Below, piece by piece: positions 48,458 through 58,620 of a stretch of DNA of 64,000 nt (within the stretch, counting starts at the first letter, position 1; each line of letters starts with the position of its first letter). Where the stretch lies: the IMG/VR virus record IMGVR_UViG_3300035182_000826, positions 32,001 through 96,000 of that record; one strand, 5' to 3'. The notes under the pieces were generated by a model. The model was given only the letters and a program-made list of their open reading frames with translations. It was not told where the DNA came from and ran no database searches. Source of the stretch: a virus. Both the position numbers and the translations under genes were made by a program.

Positions 48458-48701
48458 ATCTTTTCGCTCGTGATTTAGATGTTGACTTCCTCAAGGCTGC
48501 CTTTTCAGCCTCTGCCTTCTCATTAATCAGTTCAACCACAATGTCACGCTCAACTGCGGATATGCGCATTGCGGTTTCATAAGACACAGCGCTTTCACTG
48601 CGCATCGCAATCTGGAATGCTACCTTTACCAGATTGCGGCTTTCGATATTCAGCTGATCGATCATCTTTATGATCTTGTCACGATCACCCGACAAGATCA
48701 C
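48456..48701 (-). CDS. Putative baseplate hub assembly protein (gp51-like)
   Basis: Downstream of the gp26-like gene; SYE.......ERDI pattern. Confidence 0.5.
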   Translation of the reverse strand: MILSGDRDKIIKMIDQLNIESRNLVKVAFQIAMRSESAVSYETAMRISAVERDIVVELINEKAEAEKAALRKSTSKSRAKR

Positions 48702-49483
48702 TCTGTGAAAAAACTCACTGGGTTCAGTGGTAGCTCAACCATCATATCCTCACCGCAGTCCTTGCACTTCAATGTCACGTTTGGTGAAGGGCCCCAATCA
48801 TTGAGTACCTTAGATGACTCAATGATCCGGTTTATTTGTGGTGATGTCAAGCGGCGAACCCACTCCTCAATAAATTTCTGATCTGAAACACCATCAACAT
48901 TGTCAATCATTGACAGGATGTTTACGACGGCAATCTGCTTCAGATCATCTTCATTGAGTGAGTCTTTCTTCATACCGCTCAGGGTGAAGATCTTCACCAA
49001 GTCCACATACTTCAGTGGGCGGGTCACAACTGCCTGATCGCCAATCTGGACCTTGTTCATGACCGTGATCATGGTTGGATCAAGCCGCTTCATGTTCATG
49101 ACTTGGTTTTCAACGTTCACCACGTAAGAGTGGCTCTTAGCCTCTTTGCAGGTGTGCTTCACATCCACCTGAAAGTTAGGTCCATATGTTGAGATGCGTA
49201 AGAAGAACAGAATCGCATCAACGTCTCTAGCGAACAGTTCAAGAGGCTTCTTGATTGATGGGACACATTCTGCAAGTACCTTCTCAAGTGCCTGCCCGTT
49301 AAACAATAAATCAGGGTTCTTTAGGTTGATTTCATCCATCGCTGACATTGGATGAACTTGAATTTCGCCATTCTGAACTGACTCGTCAAACACTCCATCT
49401 TGATAAAGCGCGCCTGCCGAAGGTAGTTGAAAAACACGGCCTGGTAGCTTAAGCTTTGCAAGAAGTGGGTTCATTTCAGACAT
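48698..49483 (-). CDS. gp26: Baseplate hub assembly protein (gp26-like)
   Basis: NPL......LPS.G..Y, PM...DE, D.DAIL..LRI.TYG, CKDCG...LNP..FF. Confidence 0.75.
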   Translation of the reverse strand: MSEMNPLLAKLKLPGRVFQLPSAGALYQDGVFDESVQNGEIQVHPMSAMDEINLKNPDLLFNGQALEKVLAECVPSIKKPLELFARDVDAILFFLRISTYGPNFQVDVKHTCKEAKSHSYVVNVENQVMNMKRLDPTMITVMNKVQIGDQAVVTRPLKYVDLVKIFTLSGMKKDSLNEDDLKQIAVVNILSMIDNVDGVSDQKFIEEWVRRLTSPQINRIIESSKVLNDWGPSPNVTLKCKDCGEDMMVELPLNPVSFFTE

Positions 49484-49547
49484 AAAGAATCTCCGATAAA
49501 TATGGGTATTGTGATCTATTTATCATTCCGAAAGTGCACCTCGAACC

Positions 49548-52307
49548 ATGGACGAAGAAATCCTAAAAACCCTTGAGAGCATCGAGGGGCTCCTGAAGAA
49601 GGCGTTGCCAGCAACGAGCAACAAGGAGCTGTACTCCAAGAAAACAGCTAACCAGAAGCAGGACAAAGTGACGCTGCGCGCAATGCGCGCTGTTGCCACA
49701 AACGCAAAGCAAGCAGCAGACGAGCTGTTGGGTGTGTCGTCAGAGTTGAAGGATTTGTCGTCAGAGCTTTCTGATACCACAAAGAACTTCAAAAGCCTGA
49801 ACACTTCAATCGCTGGGCTGATCAGCACTCTTGCGCAAGTCCCAGCGCCTGCTGAGCCAACAGCTCAAGCAGCCCCAACAAAGAATCCACAGCAAGGTGG
49901 CGTGCTTCGCGCAATCGCCAACATCCCTTCAATGCTCAAGGGCGCTGTACAGCGCGCCTTGACACCTAAACCTGCCGCCACGGCGGCTGCTCCAAACGCT
50001 GAACCAGCTCAAACAGACGCCGAGGTAGTGGAGGCAGTTGCGCCAGTGAATGCAGCAAGTAATGGTCTATTGAATGGATTGAAGAACCTTGGAAGTGGCA
50101 TCACAGCTATGACTGTTAGTGTGCTTTCAGCTGACAAAGCGTTCGCGAACATTGTCACTGCTGTGAAGATGGTCACTAAAGACTACTTCATGCTAGCACA
50201 AGTTGGTCTTGGGTCTGTTGAGAACCTAAAGTCGATGTCACTCGCAGCTATCAGATCAGGCATGTCATTGGAAGAGTACACGAAAATGATTCGTGGAAAC
50301 ACGGCTGTTGTGACACGTATGGCCAGCCTTGAGCAGTTTGATCAGATCACATCGGCAGCGAACAAACAACTGGCAGCTATTGGGGTATTTGGCGATGAAG
50401 CGAAAACGTTTCAGGCATCCCTAGCTAACAGTGCCACAGTCATGGGAACTCGAACAAGTGACTTAACACAGAGCATTGCTGGCCAAATCAACATATTTGA
50501 TGAGCTTCGTAAAACAACGAACATGACAGCGCAAGAGTTTGCGAATCTGGTTGAGAATCTGTCGCAGAACGGGCAGGTCCAAAATGAACTGCTCGGGTTG
50601 TCAGGCCAAGAGCGCCAAGCAAGACAGCGTGAGCTGCTCCAAACTGTCACCATCGGTCAGCGCATGGGTATGACAGCTGAGGCGTCTAAACAACTCGCTG
50701 ACGCACTGCTCGCTCAGCGAGCCGCGACTGTGAAAACCAGAATTGACCAAGGCGGTGTGCTGAGACAATTGGCTGCGTTCACTGGGAACGCAGCCGCTGG
50801 TGAAAGAGCAGCTCAGCTTAGCATGAAGGGACGGAACAGAACTGCTGCTGAAGAACAGGAATTCACCCAATTGCTTGGCACTTTCCAGCAATCATCTCAA
50901 CAGATGTATGAGAAGGGAACTCTTGGTACACAGAACGTGCTTGATCAATTGAACTCATCACTGGGCCAGAACGGCCTTGAGGGATTGATGAAAACTGCCG
51001 GTGAAGGCAGATTGGCCCAAGAGGCAGGTCCGGCCGGAGCTAACAAGGACTTTGGTAAGCATGTTGGAGAGTTCGGCCAGTTCGTTGGCCAACTGCTCGC
51101 TTGGACTAAAGGTATTACTGAAGGTATCACAGGTCCGCTCATTGTAGCACTAGGATCTGGCATTGCTTACATGTTCAAGAACCAAGTGTTCAGTGGTGTG
51201 AAATCAATCTTTAGCTCAGCAGGTAGCGCATTAAGCAGTGCCGCGGCTGGGGTGAGATCATTCATCAAAGGTATTTTGGAGCTGCCAAAAACGCTGATGT
51301 CGTATGGAGCAGATCTGATAAACATCTTCAAATCAAATGGCGCATTTGGTGTTCTCAAAACAGTTTTCACTGACACTGTTGGTGTTGTCAAGAACGGTTC
51401 ATCATTCTTGATTAATGGATTGCAAGGCCTTGTAAAGGCCTTCGGGCCGGCGGCCGCAATCATTGGCGGATTAGTTGAGGCGTTCACCGGTGAAATCAGC
51501 GAAGCACTTGATCCGGAAGGCGGCGTCTTTGCCAGAATTGGTGGCATCATCACAGCTGCAGTGACTGCCGTTCCGAATATGATCATTGACGCAATCTCCT
51601 TTGTGTTTGGTGACAACTTTGGTGTGATGGTGCAGAACATGTTCGATCGCGTTGTGGCTGGTGCGAACGCTGGTGTGAAGTACTTGTTGGGTGGGCTCAC
51701 CGGTGCTTTGCTTACACCGTTCAAAGCAATTCTGCCTAGTGACAGTGGTCTCGTGAAGACACTTGAGAGCTGGACTGATGGGTTGTTTAGCTCTGCTGAC
51801 AAGAACGCAGACACACTCATGAAACTGTCTGATGATCACACAAAGACACTGAAGTCAATTTCAGCCGAGAACACAAAGTCAGCCGAATCAACAGAGCAAT
51901 CAGCTAAGGATGCAACAGTAAAAGCCACAGCGGCCCAAGCAAAATTCAACAATGCCCAAATGGGCATGATGAATGCAGGTGCAATTCTTGGTGATGCTAA
52001 GGCAATTCTAGGCACTCCAGCACAAACAGCGCCTGTTGTGCCAACACAGCAAACGGCTCCTGAAGAGATAAATACCTCTAACCAACAGAACGCTCAACAA
52101 ACAAGTCAAACGACATCAGATCAAAGCACAACGCTAGTTTCTAATGTCATGAGTCAAAATACTGATGTGCTGAACAAGGTTTTGGTGGTTTTGCAAAACA
52201 TCTTAGTTGAAATTCAAAGTCAGGGGAATGAACTGCCATCTAGAGCAGTCTCATTCACTTCAGCTGAAACGTTGACTAACCAACTTCTGAGAAGAGATAC
52301 AGCATGA
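49548..52307 (+). CDS. Putative tape-measure protein
   Basis: 919 aa, Ala/Gly/Gln-rich helical with amphipathic hydrophobic C-terminal half; divergent from gp26. Confidence 0.55.
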   Translation: MDEEILKTLESIEGLLKKALPATSNKELYSKKTANQKQDKVTLRAMRAVATNAKQAADELLGVSSELKDLSSELSDTTKNFKSLNTSIAGLISTLAQVPAPAEPTAQAAPTKNPQQGGVLRAIANIPSMLKGAVQRALTPKPAATAAAPNAEPAQTDAEVVEAVAPVNAASNGLLNGLKNLGSGITAMTVSVLSADKAFANIVTAVKMVTKDYFMLAQVGLGSVENLKSMSLAAIRSGMSLEEYTKMIRGNTAVVTRMASLEQFDQITSAANKQLAAIGVFGDEAKTFQASLANSATVMGTRTSDLTQSIAGQINIFDELRKTTNMTAQEFANLVENLSQNGQVQNELLGLSGQERQARQRELLQTVTIGQRMGMTAEASKQLADALLAQRAATVKTRIDQGGVLRQLAAFTGNAAAGERAAQLSMKGRNRTAAEEQEFTQLLGTFQQSSQQMYEKGTLGTQNVLDQLNSSLGQNGLEGLMKTAGEGRLAQEAGPAGANKDFGKHVGEFGQFVGQLLAWTKGITEGITGPLIVALGSGIAYMFKNQVFSGVKSIFSSAGSALSSAAAGVRSFIKGILELPKTLMSYGADLINIFKSNGAFGVLKTVFTDTVGVVKNGSSFLINGLQGLVKAFGPAAAIIGGLVEAFTGEISEALDPEGGVFARIGGIITAAVTAVPNMIIDAISFVFGDNFGVMVQNMFDRVVAGANAGVKYLLGGLTGALLTPFKAILPSDSGLVKTLESWTDGLFSSADKNADTLMKLSDDHTKTLKSISAENTKSAESTEQSAKDATVKATAAQAKFNNAQMGMMNAGAILGDAKAILGTPAQTAPVVPTQQTAPEEINTSNQQNAQQTSQTTSDQSTTLVSNVMSQNTDVLNKVLVVLQNILVEIQSQGNELPSRAVSFTSAETLTNQLLRRDTA

Positions 52308-54010
52308 GTCAAATGACCAGTTACTGGAAATTGATTGCCCCAGCAACGCGGAAAGAACTTTACACCGCGGTTGTTCAGGATCCATATGATCCAAGAGGTG
52401 GTGATCGAACAACCATGGCATCAGTGTCATGGTTCTCCCAGCTCATGAAGGGCCCTGGTAGTCGGATGGCGTCATATCGTCAGTACGATGCCATGGACAA
52501 TGACGTTGACATTGCGCGATCGCTCGACATCATTGCCGAGGAAATGTCATCTAAAGACGAGAAGACAGGTCTCCCTTTCATTATTGAATGGGAGAAGGAA
52601 GACAACCAAGATATTTCTGATACGACAATCGTCACAGTCCGAGCAGCGTTGAGACAGTTCTCACAGCTGCAAGATCTCAAAAAGCGAATTAGATCGACTG
52701 CACGACACTTGGTCAAGTATGGTGATTGCTTCTTCAGAAAGACGTCTGACACAAAGAAGTGGGTGCCAATTGACCCAATGCGAGTGGTTGGCATTCACGT
52801 TGATGAAGAAGGGAACAAAATCGCCTATGAGGTGAAGAAGTTCTCGGTGAAGCAAGCAAACTTTTATGGAACCTCAAGCGTTGAAGAAACGGAGACGATT
52901 CCAGCAGCCGCAATGATTCACTTCAGCATGGCTGATGATATGGGTGACTCAGCTATCTTTGGGCAGTCCATTTTGCGCCCAATCATGCGTGTGTATCGTC
53001 AGCTGACAATGCTGGAAGACGCGATCATGATCTACAAGATCGTGCGCGCCCCAGAACGCCGTGTGTTCTACATTGACGTTGGTAACATGAACCAAGCGCA
53101 AATCAAGCGCTACATGGAGTCGATCAAGATTGAAATGCGTCAGAAGCGCGTTCCTGGCACGCAAACATCTGGCTATAAAGACACAGTTGACGGTCAGTTG
53201 GACCCAATGTCGATGCAGGAAGACATCTTCTTCCCAGTTACTGCTGGTGGCAAGAGTGGCCGTGTTGAAACCCTGCCCGGTGGCTCAGAGGACTTTGGCA
53301 CAACACTGCTTCGTGAGTTCACAAACAAGATCTCAAGAGGTTTGAGAATCCCAACGTCTTACATGGGTTCTGGCGCAACTGCAGGTGGTGAAACTCCAGC
53401 ACAGTACAACGACGGTAAGGTTGGTATTGCGTACATTGAAGAACTCAGATTCGCCAAGTTCATCATGCATCTGCAAGAGCGTATGAATGATGTGTTCGAT
53501 CAAGAGTTCAAAGTGTATCTGAAGGTCTGTGGTTTGATCGTTGATGATGAAGTCTTCACGATCAGACTACCTGACCCTGCGAACTTCGCACTGTATCGTC
53601 AAGCTGCGCTTGACGCTGATCTGATTAACGCGTTCAAGAACATTGAAGACACCGATCTGCTGTCTAGACGCATGATTCTGAAGCGTTACCTTGGCCTGAC
53701 AGATGATGAAATCCAGATGAACGAAGTTCAGTTGAAGGAAGAGCGCAACCTCAAGGAAAACAGCAAGGTGCCTATGCTGCAGCAGTTGTATGACAAGAAC
53801 GTTAAGTTCCCAACTGTTACTGTTGATCCAAATGATACTGTTGATTCAAATGATACTGTTCCTGAAGAGGGCGCAGACACTGGTGAATTTGGTGATGAGG
53901 ACATGAGTAGAGCCCCTTCAGGGCTATTGAGTGGTGAAGGTGATCACCCTCCAGCAGACAATTCCGCTGGAGCCGAAGAAGCACCGCCAGCAGCTGAAGA
54001 AACCCCATAA
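52304..54010 (+). CDS. gp20: Portal protein
   Basis: QL.MLEDA.MIY.I.RAPERRVFYIDVGNM, SM.ED.F.P, ETLPGG, EELRF.KF. Confidence 0.96.
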   Translation: MSQMTSYWKLIAPATRKELYTAVVQDPYDPRGGDRTTMASVSWFSQLMKGPGSRMASYRQYDAMDNDVDIARSLDIIAEEMSSKDEKTGLPFIIEWEKEDNQDISDTTIVTVRAALRQFSQLQDLKKRIRSTARHLVKYGDCFFRKTSDTKKWVPIDPMRVVGIHVDEEGNKIAYEVKKFSVKQANFYGTSSVEETETIPAAAMIHFSMADDMGDSAIFGQSILRPIMRVYRQLTMLEDAIMIYKIVRAPERRVFYIDVGNMNQAQIKRYMESIKIEMRQKRVPGTQTSGYKDTVDGQLDPMSMQEDIFFPVTAGGKSGRVETLPGGSEDFGTTLLREFTNKISRGLRIPTSYMGSGATAGGETPAQYNDGKVGIAYIEELRFAKFIMHLQERMNDVFDQEFKVYLKVCGLIVDDEVFTIRLPDPANFALYRQAALDADLINAFKNIEDTDLLSRRMILKRYLGLTDDEIQMNEVQLKEERNLKENSKVPMLQQLYDKNVKFPTVTVDPNDTVDSNDTVPEEGADTGEFGDEDMSRAPSGLLSGEGDHPPADNSAGAEEAPPAAEETP

Positions 54011-54043
54011 TCGGTAAATAGCCCATTAGTGAAAGGATCACAC

Positions 54044-54661
54044 ATGTCAGAAAAGCTAATTCTTAGCGAAATGCTTACACCTATCAGTGCTTGCATCACT
54101 GAATCAAAGGACCAAACTGGTGCTTTGTACATGTCAGGCATCATGATGCAAGCGGCTATCAGGAACGGAAATGGCCGTGTTTACCCTGTGAATGAAATCA
54201 GGCGTGCTGTTGATGAATGCAACGCAAAGCTGAGCAAGGGTGTTTTCATTATGGGTGAGTTGAACCACCCTGATTCATTGCAGATAAATCTTGCAAATGT
54301 TTCTCACGCCATTACTGAAATCAGAATGGATGGAAACAACGCAATTGGCAAGATGCGTCTGCTGAATACACCAAGTGGCCAGATTGCTCGCGCGATCATG
54401 GAAGGTGGTGTGAAACTTGGCGTGTCTTCACGTGGTACTGGTGCCGTGAATGAGAGCGGCGAGGTTTCAGACTTTTCATTCGTCACGATGGACATTGTGT
54501 CGGTTCCATCGGCACCTGATGCAATGCCAAATCTGGTGACCGAGGCACTTGGGTCAAAGAAGATTATGACTCTCGCTGAGGCGGTTGTGAATGATCCAAA
54601 GGCTCAGAAGTATTTCAGAAAAGAAATCTTTAATCTAATCGACGTGATCACAAAGCGCTGA
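54044..54661 (+). CDS. gp21: Prohead core protease
   Basis: GIMMQ...N.NGRVYP, GELNHP, VSH.I, TP.G.I, LGVSSRG.G, D.V..PSAPDA. Confidence 0.95.
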   Translation: MSEKLILSEMLTPISACITESKDQTGALYMSGIMMQAAIRNGNGRVYPVNEIRRAVDECNAKLSKGVFIMGELNHPDSLQINLANVSHAITEIRMDGNNAIGKMRLLNTPSGQIARAIMEGGVKLGVSSRGTGAVNESGEVSDFSFVTMDIVSVPSAPDAMPNLVTEALGSKKIMTLAEAVVNDPKAQKYFRKEIFNLIDVITKR

Positions 54662-54703
54662 TTCGACGCTGACGACGCTATATATTCTTGAAAGGAGATA
54701 CTT

Positions 54704-54859
54704 GTGGAAGACCAAAAAGAAATTCTGAAATCTATGCTCAAGAATGTCATCGCTGGCAATGAACAAGAGGCTGCTGATGAGCTGCAAACTTACTTGCTAG
54801 TTAAGTCACGCGAGACTCTAGGAGTTGAGGCTGAATCTCAACAAGCTAGCGCTGATTAA
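54704..54859 (+). CDS. Small prohead core protein (51 aa; not in ORF track)
   Basis: AAGGAG RBS then GTG start; VEDQKEILKSMLKNVIAGNEQEAADELQTYLLVKSRETLG; between gp21 and gp22. Confidence 0.6.
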   Translation: MEDQKEILKSMLKNVIAGNEQEAADELQTYLLVKSRETLGVEAESQQASAD

Positions 54860-54864
54860 CAATA

Positions 54865-54900
54865 TAACCCACCAAAAAGTGCACAATTTTTGGTGGGTTA
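54865..54900. terminator. Intergenic hairpin upstream of the scaffold promoter
   Basis: TAACCCACCAAAAA...TTTTTGGTGGGTTA 14-bp stem. Confidence 0.5.
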
Positions 54901-54913
54901 TCTTGCATCTGCG

Positions 54914-54919
54914 TAAATA
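54914..54919 (+). promoter_or_regulatory. Late (gp55-type) promoter core TAAATA for gp22-gp23; representative of about 17 sites
   Basis: TAAATA recurs in intergenic gaps shortly upstream of late genes on both strands. Confidence 0.7.
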
Positions 54920-54992
54920 CCACACCGAAACATGTTTTTAACATGCCACGGAATTTAGGAACATCGGGCAACCGATAAAAAAGGAGATAGCT

Positions 54993-55877
54993 ATGGACGA
55001 AATCCTAAAGAAGCTGCTTCAAACTGATCTTCTCAACGAAGAAACCAAGCAGCAAATCTCCGAACAATGGACAAAGGCAGTTGAAACCTTCAAGCAGCAA
55101 GTGCGCGAAGAAACAACGTTGGAAGTTCGTTCGGAGCTTGCTGAACAATGGATTCAAGAACGTGATGATCTGGTCTCGAAGGTAGATGCACTGGTTGCTC
55201 AAACCCTTGAGAATGAGCTAAGCGAGCTTCATGAAGAAATTGAACGCGCACGCACCCAAGAGGTTCGTTACGCTGAACAGCTTATCGAGCAAAAGCGTGA
55301 AATGGCTGAGCAAGTTGACGAAGAGCTTGATCGCCTCGTTGACAATATCGATAGCTTCTTCACACAGCGCCTCGAAGAAGAATTTGCAGAGCTCAATGAA
55401 GATCTCGCATTTGCACGTCAGAACGCCGTTGGCATGAAGATCTACGAAGCCTTTGCTTCTACCTTCGCTCAAGTCAATCGCAATGATGACAGCGCATCTT
55501 CTAAGGCACTTCGCTTGGAAGCACGTGTTGCTGAATTGGAAGAAGCTCTCACTGAATCTGAACAACAACGTCTGCAAGCAGCACGTACTGTTCAGATGGA
55601 AAAGCTACTTGGTAATTTGGCCGGCCAAAAGCGCGAACAAATGGAAATGCTTCTCCGTGGCGTTGAAACTAGCCGCCTGGAAGAATCATACAAGTATTTC
55701 ATTGGTAAGGTTCTGAAGGAAGATAAGCAGCAAGCTACCCAAGCAGCTACTACTCTGTCTGAAGGTCTTTCCACCCGTAAGACTACGCTTGTGACTGGTA
55801 ATACTCAACTAGCGGAATCTGTTCAAGGCGATGACTTCGCCGAAAATCTGAAGCGCCTTGCAGGCCTCAAGAAGTAA
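54993..55877 (+). CDS. gp22: Prohead scaffold protein
   Basis: Acidic coiled coil directly upstream of the major capsid gene. Confidence 0.85.
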   Translation: MDEILKKLLQTDLLNEETKQQISEQWTKAVETFKQQVREETTLEVRSELAEQWIQERDDLVSKVDALVAQTLENELSELHEEIERARTQEVRYAEQLIEQKREMAEQVDEELDRLVDNIDSFFTQRLEEEFAELNEDLAFARQNAVGMKIYEAFASTFAQVNRNDDSASSKALRLEARVAELEEALTESEQQRLQAARTVQMEKLLGNLAGQKREQMEMLLRGVETSRLEESYKYFIGKVLKEDKQQATQAATTLSEGLSTRKTTLVTGNTQLAESVQGDDFAENLKRLAGLKK

Positions 55878-55901
55878 CCTGTCAACTTTTAGGAGACACT
55901 C

Positions 55902-57182
55902 ATGAATCTATTCGAACAAAAGCAATGGGATTCCGGTAAGGAAATCATGCTCGAGGGCCTGGAAGGTACCAAGCGTGACGTTGTTGCAATCCTTATGGAA
56001 AACCAACGTAAGCACCTGATGGAAACAGCCGCAGCTACTGCTGTTGACAGCACTGCAATCGGCAACTTCCAGAAGATCGCAATCCCAATGATCCGCCGTA
56101 TCATCCCTGGCACTCTGTCTACTGACCTGGTTGGTGTTCAGCCAATGCCTGGTCCAGTCAGCCTGGTGTACTCAATGCGTTTCGCCTTTGGTGAATCCGC
56201 TGACGGTAACGGCAGTGCTTCAAACGACATCACCGCTGGTGACGAAGTCTTTGCTAACAACAGCAAGATGAAGCGCTTCTACTCAACCGCTAACGTTGGC
56301 ACAACTGGCTACCCACCAGCTCTGACAGCCACAACTTCAACTGGTCTTGCTGCCAACACAGCTGACTATGAAGGTTACGGCGGTCGTGCAATGCGCCTCT
56401 CAGTGTTGAAGCAAACCATCACTGCTGGCTCACGTAAGTTGCAAGCTCGTTGGACCATGGAAGCTGCTCAAGACATGAGCGCACAACACGGTCTGAACCT
56501 CGAGAACGAACTGACAGCTGCTTTGTCAGCCCAGATCGCTCACGAAATCGACAACGAAATTCTGACTGACCTGTTGGCTCTCGCTGGCACGGCTTCTACC
56601 TATGACTTTGCAGCAGCCCCAGCTGGCTTCGCTCCAAACTTCATCGGTGACCGCTACGCTGAACTTGGTATCCTTGTGAACAAGCTCGCTAACGAAATCG
56701 GTGCTAAGACCCGTAAGGATCCAGGTAACTGGCTCGTCGGTTCACACCTCATCACCTCTATCCTGCAATCAGCATCGAAGTCTGTCTTCGCACCAACCGT
56801 GCAAGGTAACTTCTCTGATCCAACAGGAAACAAGATGGTTGGTGTCCTGAACGGTCGCATCAAGGTCTATTCTTACAACTGGGGTCTGAACGATGCTTGG
56901 TCATTCGACCCAGCTAACGTTGCAACCGCTACCGGTACAACTGGTGAAGACATCCTGATCGGTCTGAAGGGTGGCAACAGCGAACTCGACGCTGGCTACT
57001 TCTACTGCCCATACATCCCATTGGTTTCTTCCAATGTGGTCATGGATGCAAATACCTTCTCACCAGCAGTTTCGCTGATGACCAGATACGGTAAGGCAAC
57101 CTTCACCAACACCTCAACATCCCTCGGCAACAGTGCAGATTATTACGCTCGCGTCCGTGTGATGAACATCAGCTTCAGCTGA
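55902..57182 (+). CDS. gp23: Major capsid protein
   Basis: LMENQ, VGVQPM.GP, SRKLQARWT.E.AQD...HG, EI..EI, DAGYFYCPYIPL, TRYG. Confidence 0.97.
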   Translation: MNLFEQKQWDSGKEIMLEGLEGTKRDVVAILMENQRKHLMETAAATAVDSTAIGNFQKIAIPMIRRIIPGTLSTDLVGVQPMPGPVSLVYSMRFAFGESADGNGSASNDITAGDEVFANNSKMKRFYSTANVGTTGYPPALTATTSTGLAANTADYEGYGGRAMRLSVLKQTITAGSRKLQARWTMEAAQDMSAQHGLNLENELTAALSAQIAHEIDNEILTDLLALAGTASTYDFAAAPAGFAPNFIGDRYAELGILVNKLANEIGAKTRKDPGNWLVGSHLITSILQSASKSVFAPTVQGNFSDPTGNKMVGVLNGRIKVYSYNWGLNDAWSFDPANVATATGTTGEDILIGLKGGNSELDAGYFYCPYIPLVSSNVVMDANTFSPAVSLMTRYGKATFTNTSTSLGNSADYYARVRVMNISFS

Positions 57183-57215
57183 TCGTAAGTTGTTGCTCTG
57201 CAACAACTTTTTATA

Positions 57216-57240
57216 AAGGGGACCATTGGTCCCCTTTTCT
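57216..57240 (+). terminator. Intrinsic terminator after gp23
   Basis: AAAGGGGACCA-T-TGGTCCCCTTTT. Confidence 0.85.
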
Positions 57241-57311
57241 ATTTCTCTGATTCCCAATCACCATAATAATACGCGCAGTTTCTGATTACAATAAATACCT
57301 TGGAGGTTTTT

Positions 57312-58601
57312 ATGGCAATGAAACGACTGCGTGTTTGCGCGCAATGTAAGACAGAAGAATACACCTTCTCAAAGTCTGAAGTATGTGCTACTTGCGTATT
57401 AGAAAACAAACGCAGTGAGCAACTTGCTTTTGAAAAGCGCACGCTAGAGTCATATGGGTATAAGGTAATTTCAGGACCAACTGTAGATGCACACAACCAT
57501 CGAAAATGGAAAGTCATAACACCATGTTGTGGACAAGAATATGAGCCACTTTTCATTAGTGTTCAGGCAATGATGGATCGTCGCGGCCGGCCTCCATGTA
57601 ACCATTGTGGTGGCAAAGAGCGAATGAGTAAGGCGCTTGACGCTTATGTTGAGCGATACGGTGTAAATTATGATCCGCGTGCGTTTAAAGATTACACCTC
57701 AATCGTGAGAAAAGTAAGTGAAATCTCTTACGCTAGTTGGCGGCACCTCATAAATCCTGAAGGTGTTACTAGAGGTCAGCATGATTGGCATTTGGACCAC
57801 AAGGTTCCAATTAGTTGGTGTTTCAAGAACGGAATCTCTCCTTATCACGTTGGTTTGTTTACCAATCTGCAAATGCTGCTTGGTGCTGAGAACATTTCTA
57901 AACATGACAAGGTGCCAGAAAATGTGAATGATATTCTTTACGGCAATGTCTTGAATGTCTTAAGTTATCACACCCCCGTTTTTCAGGTGGGCCGATTAAA
58001 TCTATGGCCGCATGATCTTCATAAAACAGAGGTCGTAAACTCAATGTTGGCGTACAGACTAGGGTTTACAAGAAAGCTAAATGCTCGTGACTTAGAGATT
58101 AAGGAAGTGCCAAAGTCAATGGCAAAATTGTTTCTAGATAAGAATCATCTGGCTGGTGTTGCAGGCTGCTCATATGCTTTAGGTTTATTTGAAAGCAATC
58201 AGCTAGTGATGTTGGTGACACTTGGAAAGCCAAGGTTTTCATCAAAGGCAGATCTGGAAGTGGTTAGACTAGCCGTTGCTAGCGGAACATCAATTCGTGG
58301 TGGCGCAAGCAAACTTTTCAGCTTTATCAAGAAAGAGCTGAATTGCTCAATCTTGACTTATTCAGATAAGCTTGTTGGATCGGGGGCCGTGTATAAGTTA
58401 TCAGGGTTTGAACTCGACGGTGAAACTGGCCCCGGTTATTTTTGGGAACGACGCGGTGAAATCTTAAGCAGGTATGAATCTCAAAAACATAAGCTAGCCA
58501 CAATGGAAAACTTTGATCCATCTAAATCTGAATCTGTTATTATGGAAGAAGCTGGCTGGAGAAAGGTGCTGACACCTGGAAATTTGCGTTGGATATTGTA
58601 A
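57312..58601 (+). CDS. Putative homing endonuclease (Zn ribbons + HNH + Hef-like C-terminal domain)
   Basis: CxxC pairs; HLDH.VP...NLQML...EN..K; ARD..I.E....FL..NHL.G, GGASKL, YSD...G.VY..SGF. Confidence 0.7.
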   Translation: MAMKRLRVCAQCKTEEYTFSKSEVCATCVLENKRSEQLAFEKRTLESYGYKVISGPTVDAHNHRKWKVITPCCGQEYEPLFISVQAMMDRRGRPPCNHCGGKERMSKALDAYVERYGVNYDPRAFKDYTSIVRKVSEISYASWRHLINPEGVTRGQHDWHLDHKVPISWCFKNGISPYHVGLFTNLQMLLGAENISKHDKVPENVNDILYGNVLNVLSYHTPVFQVGRLNLWPHDLHKTEVVNSMLAYRLGFTRKLNARDLEIKEVPKSMAKLFLDKNHLAGVAGCSYALGLFESNQLVMLVTLGKPRFSSKADLEVVRLAVASGTSIRGGASKLFSFIKKELNCSILTYSDKLVGSGAVYKLSGFELDGETGPGYFWERRGEILSRYESQKHKLATMENFDPSKSESVIMEEAGWRKVLTPGNLRWIL

Positions 58602-58620
58602 ATACGGCACGGGGGATGCC

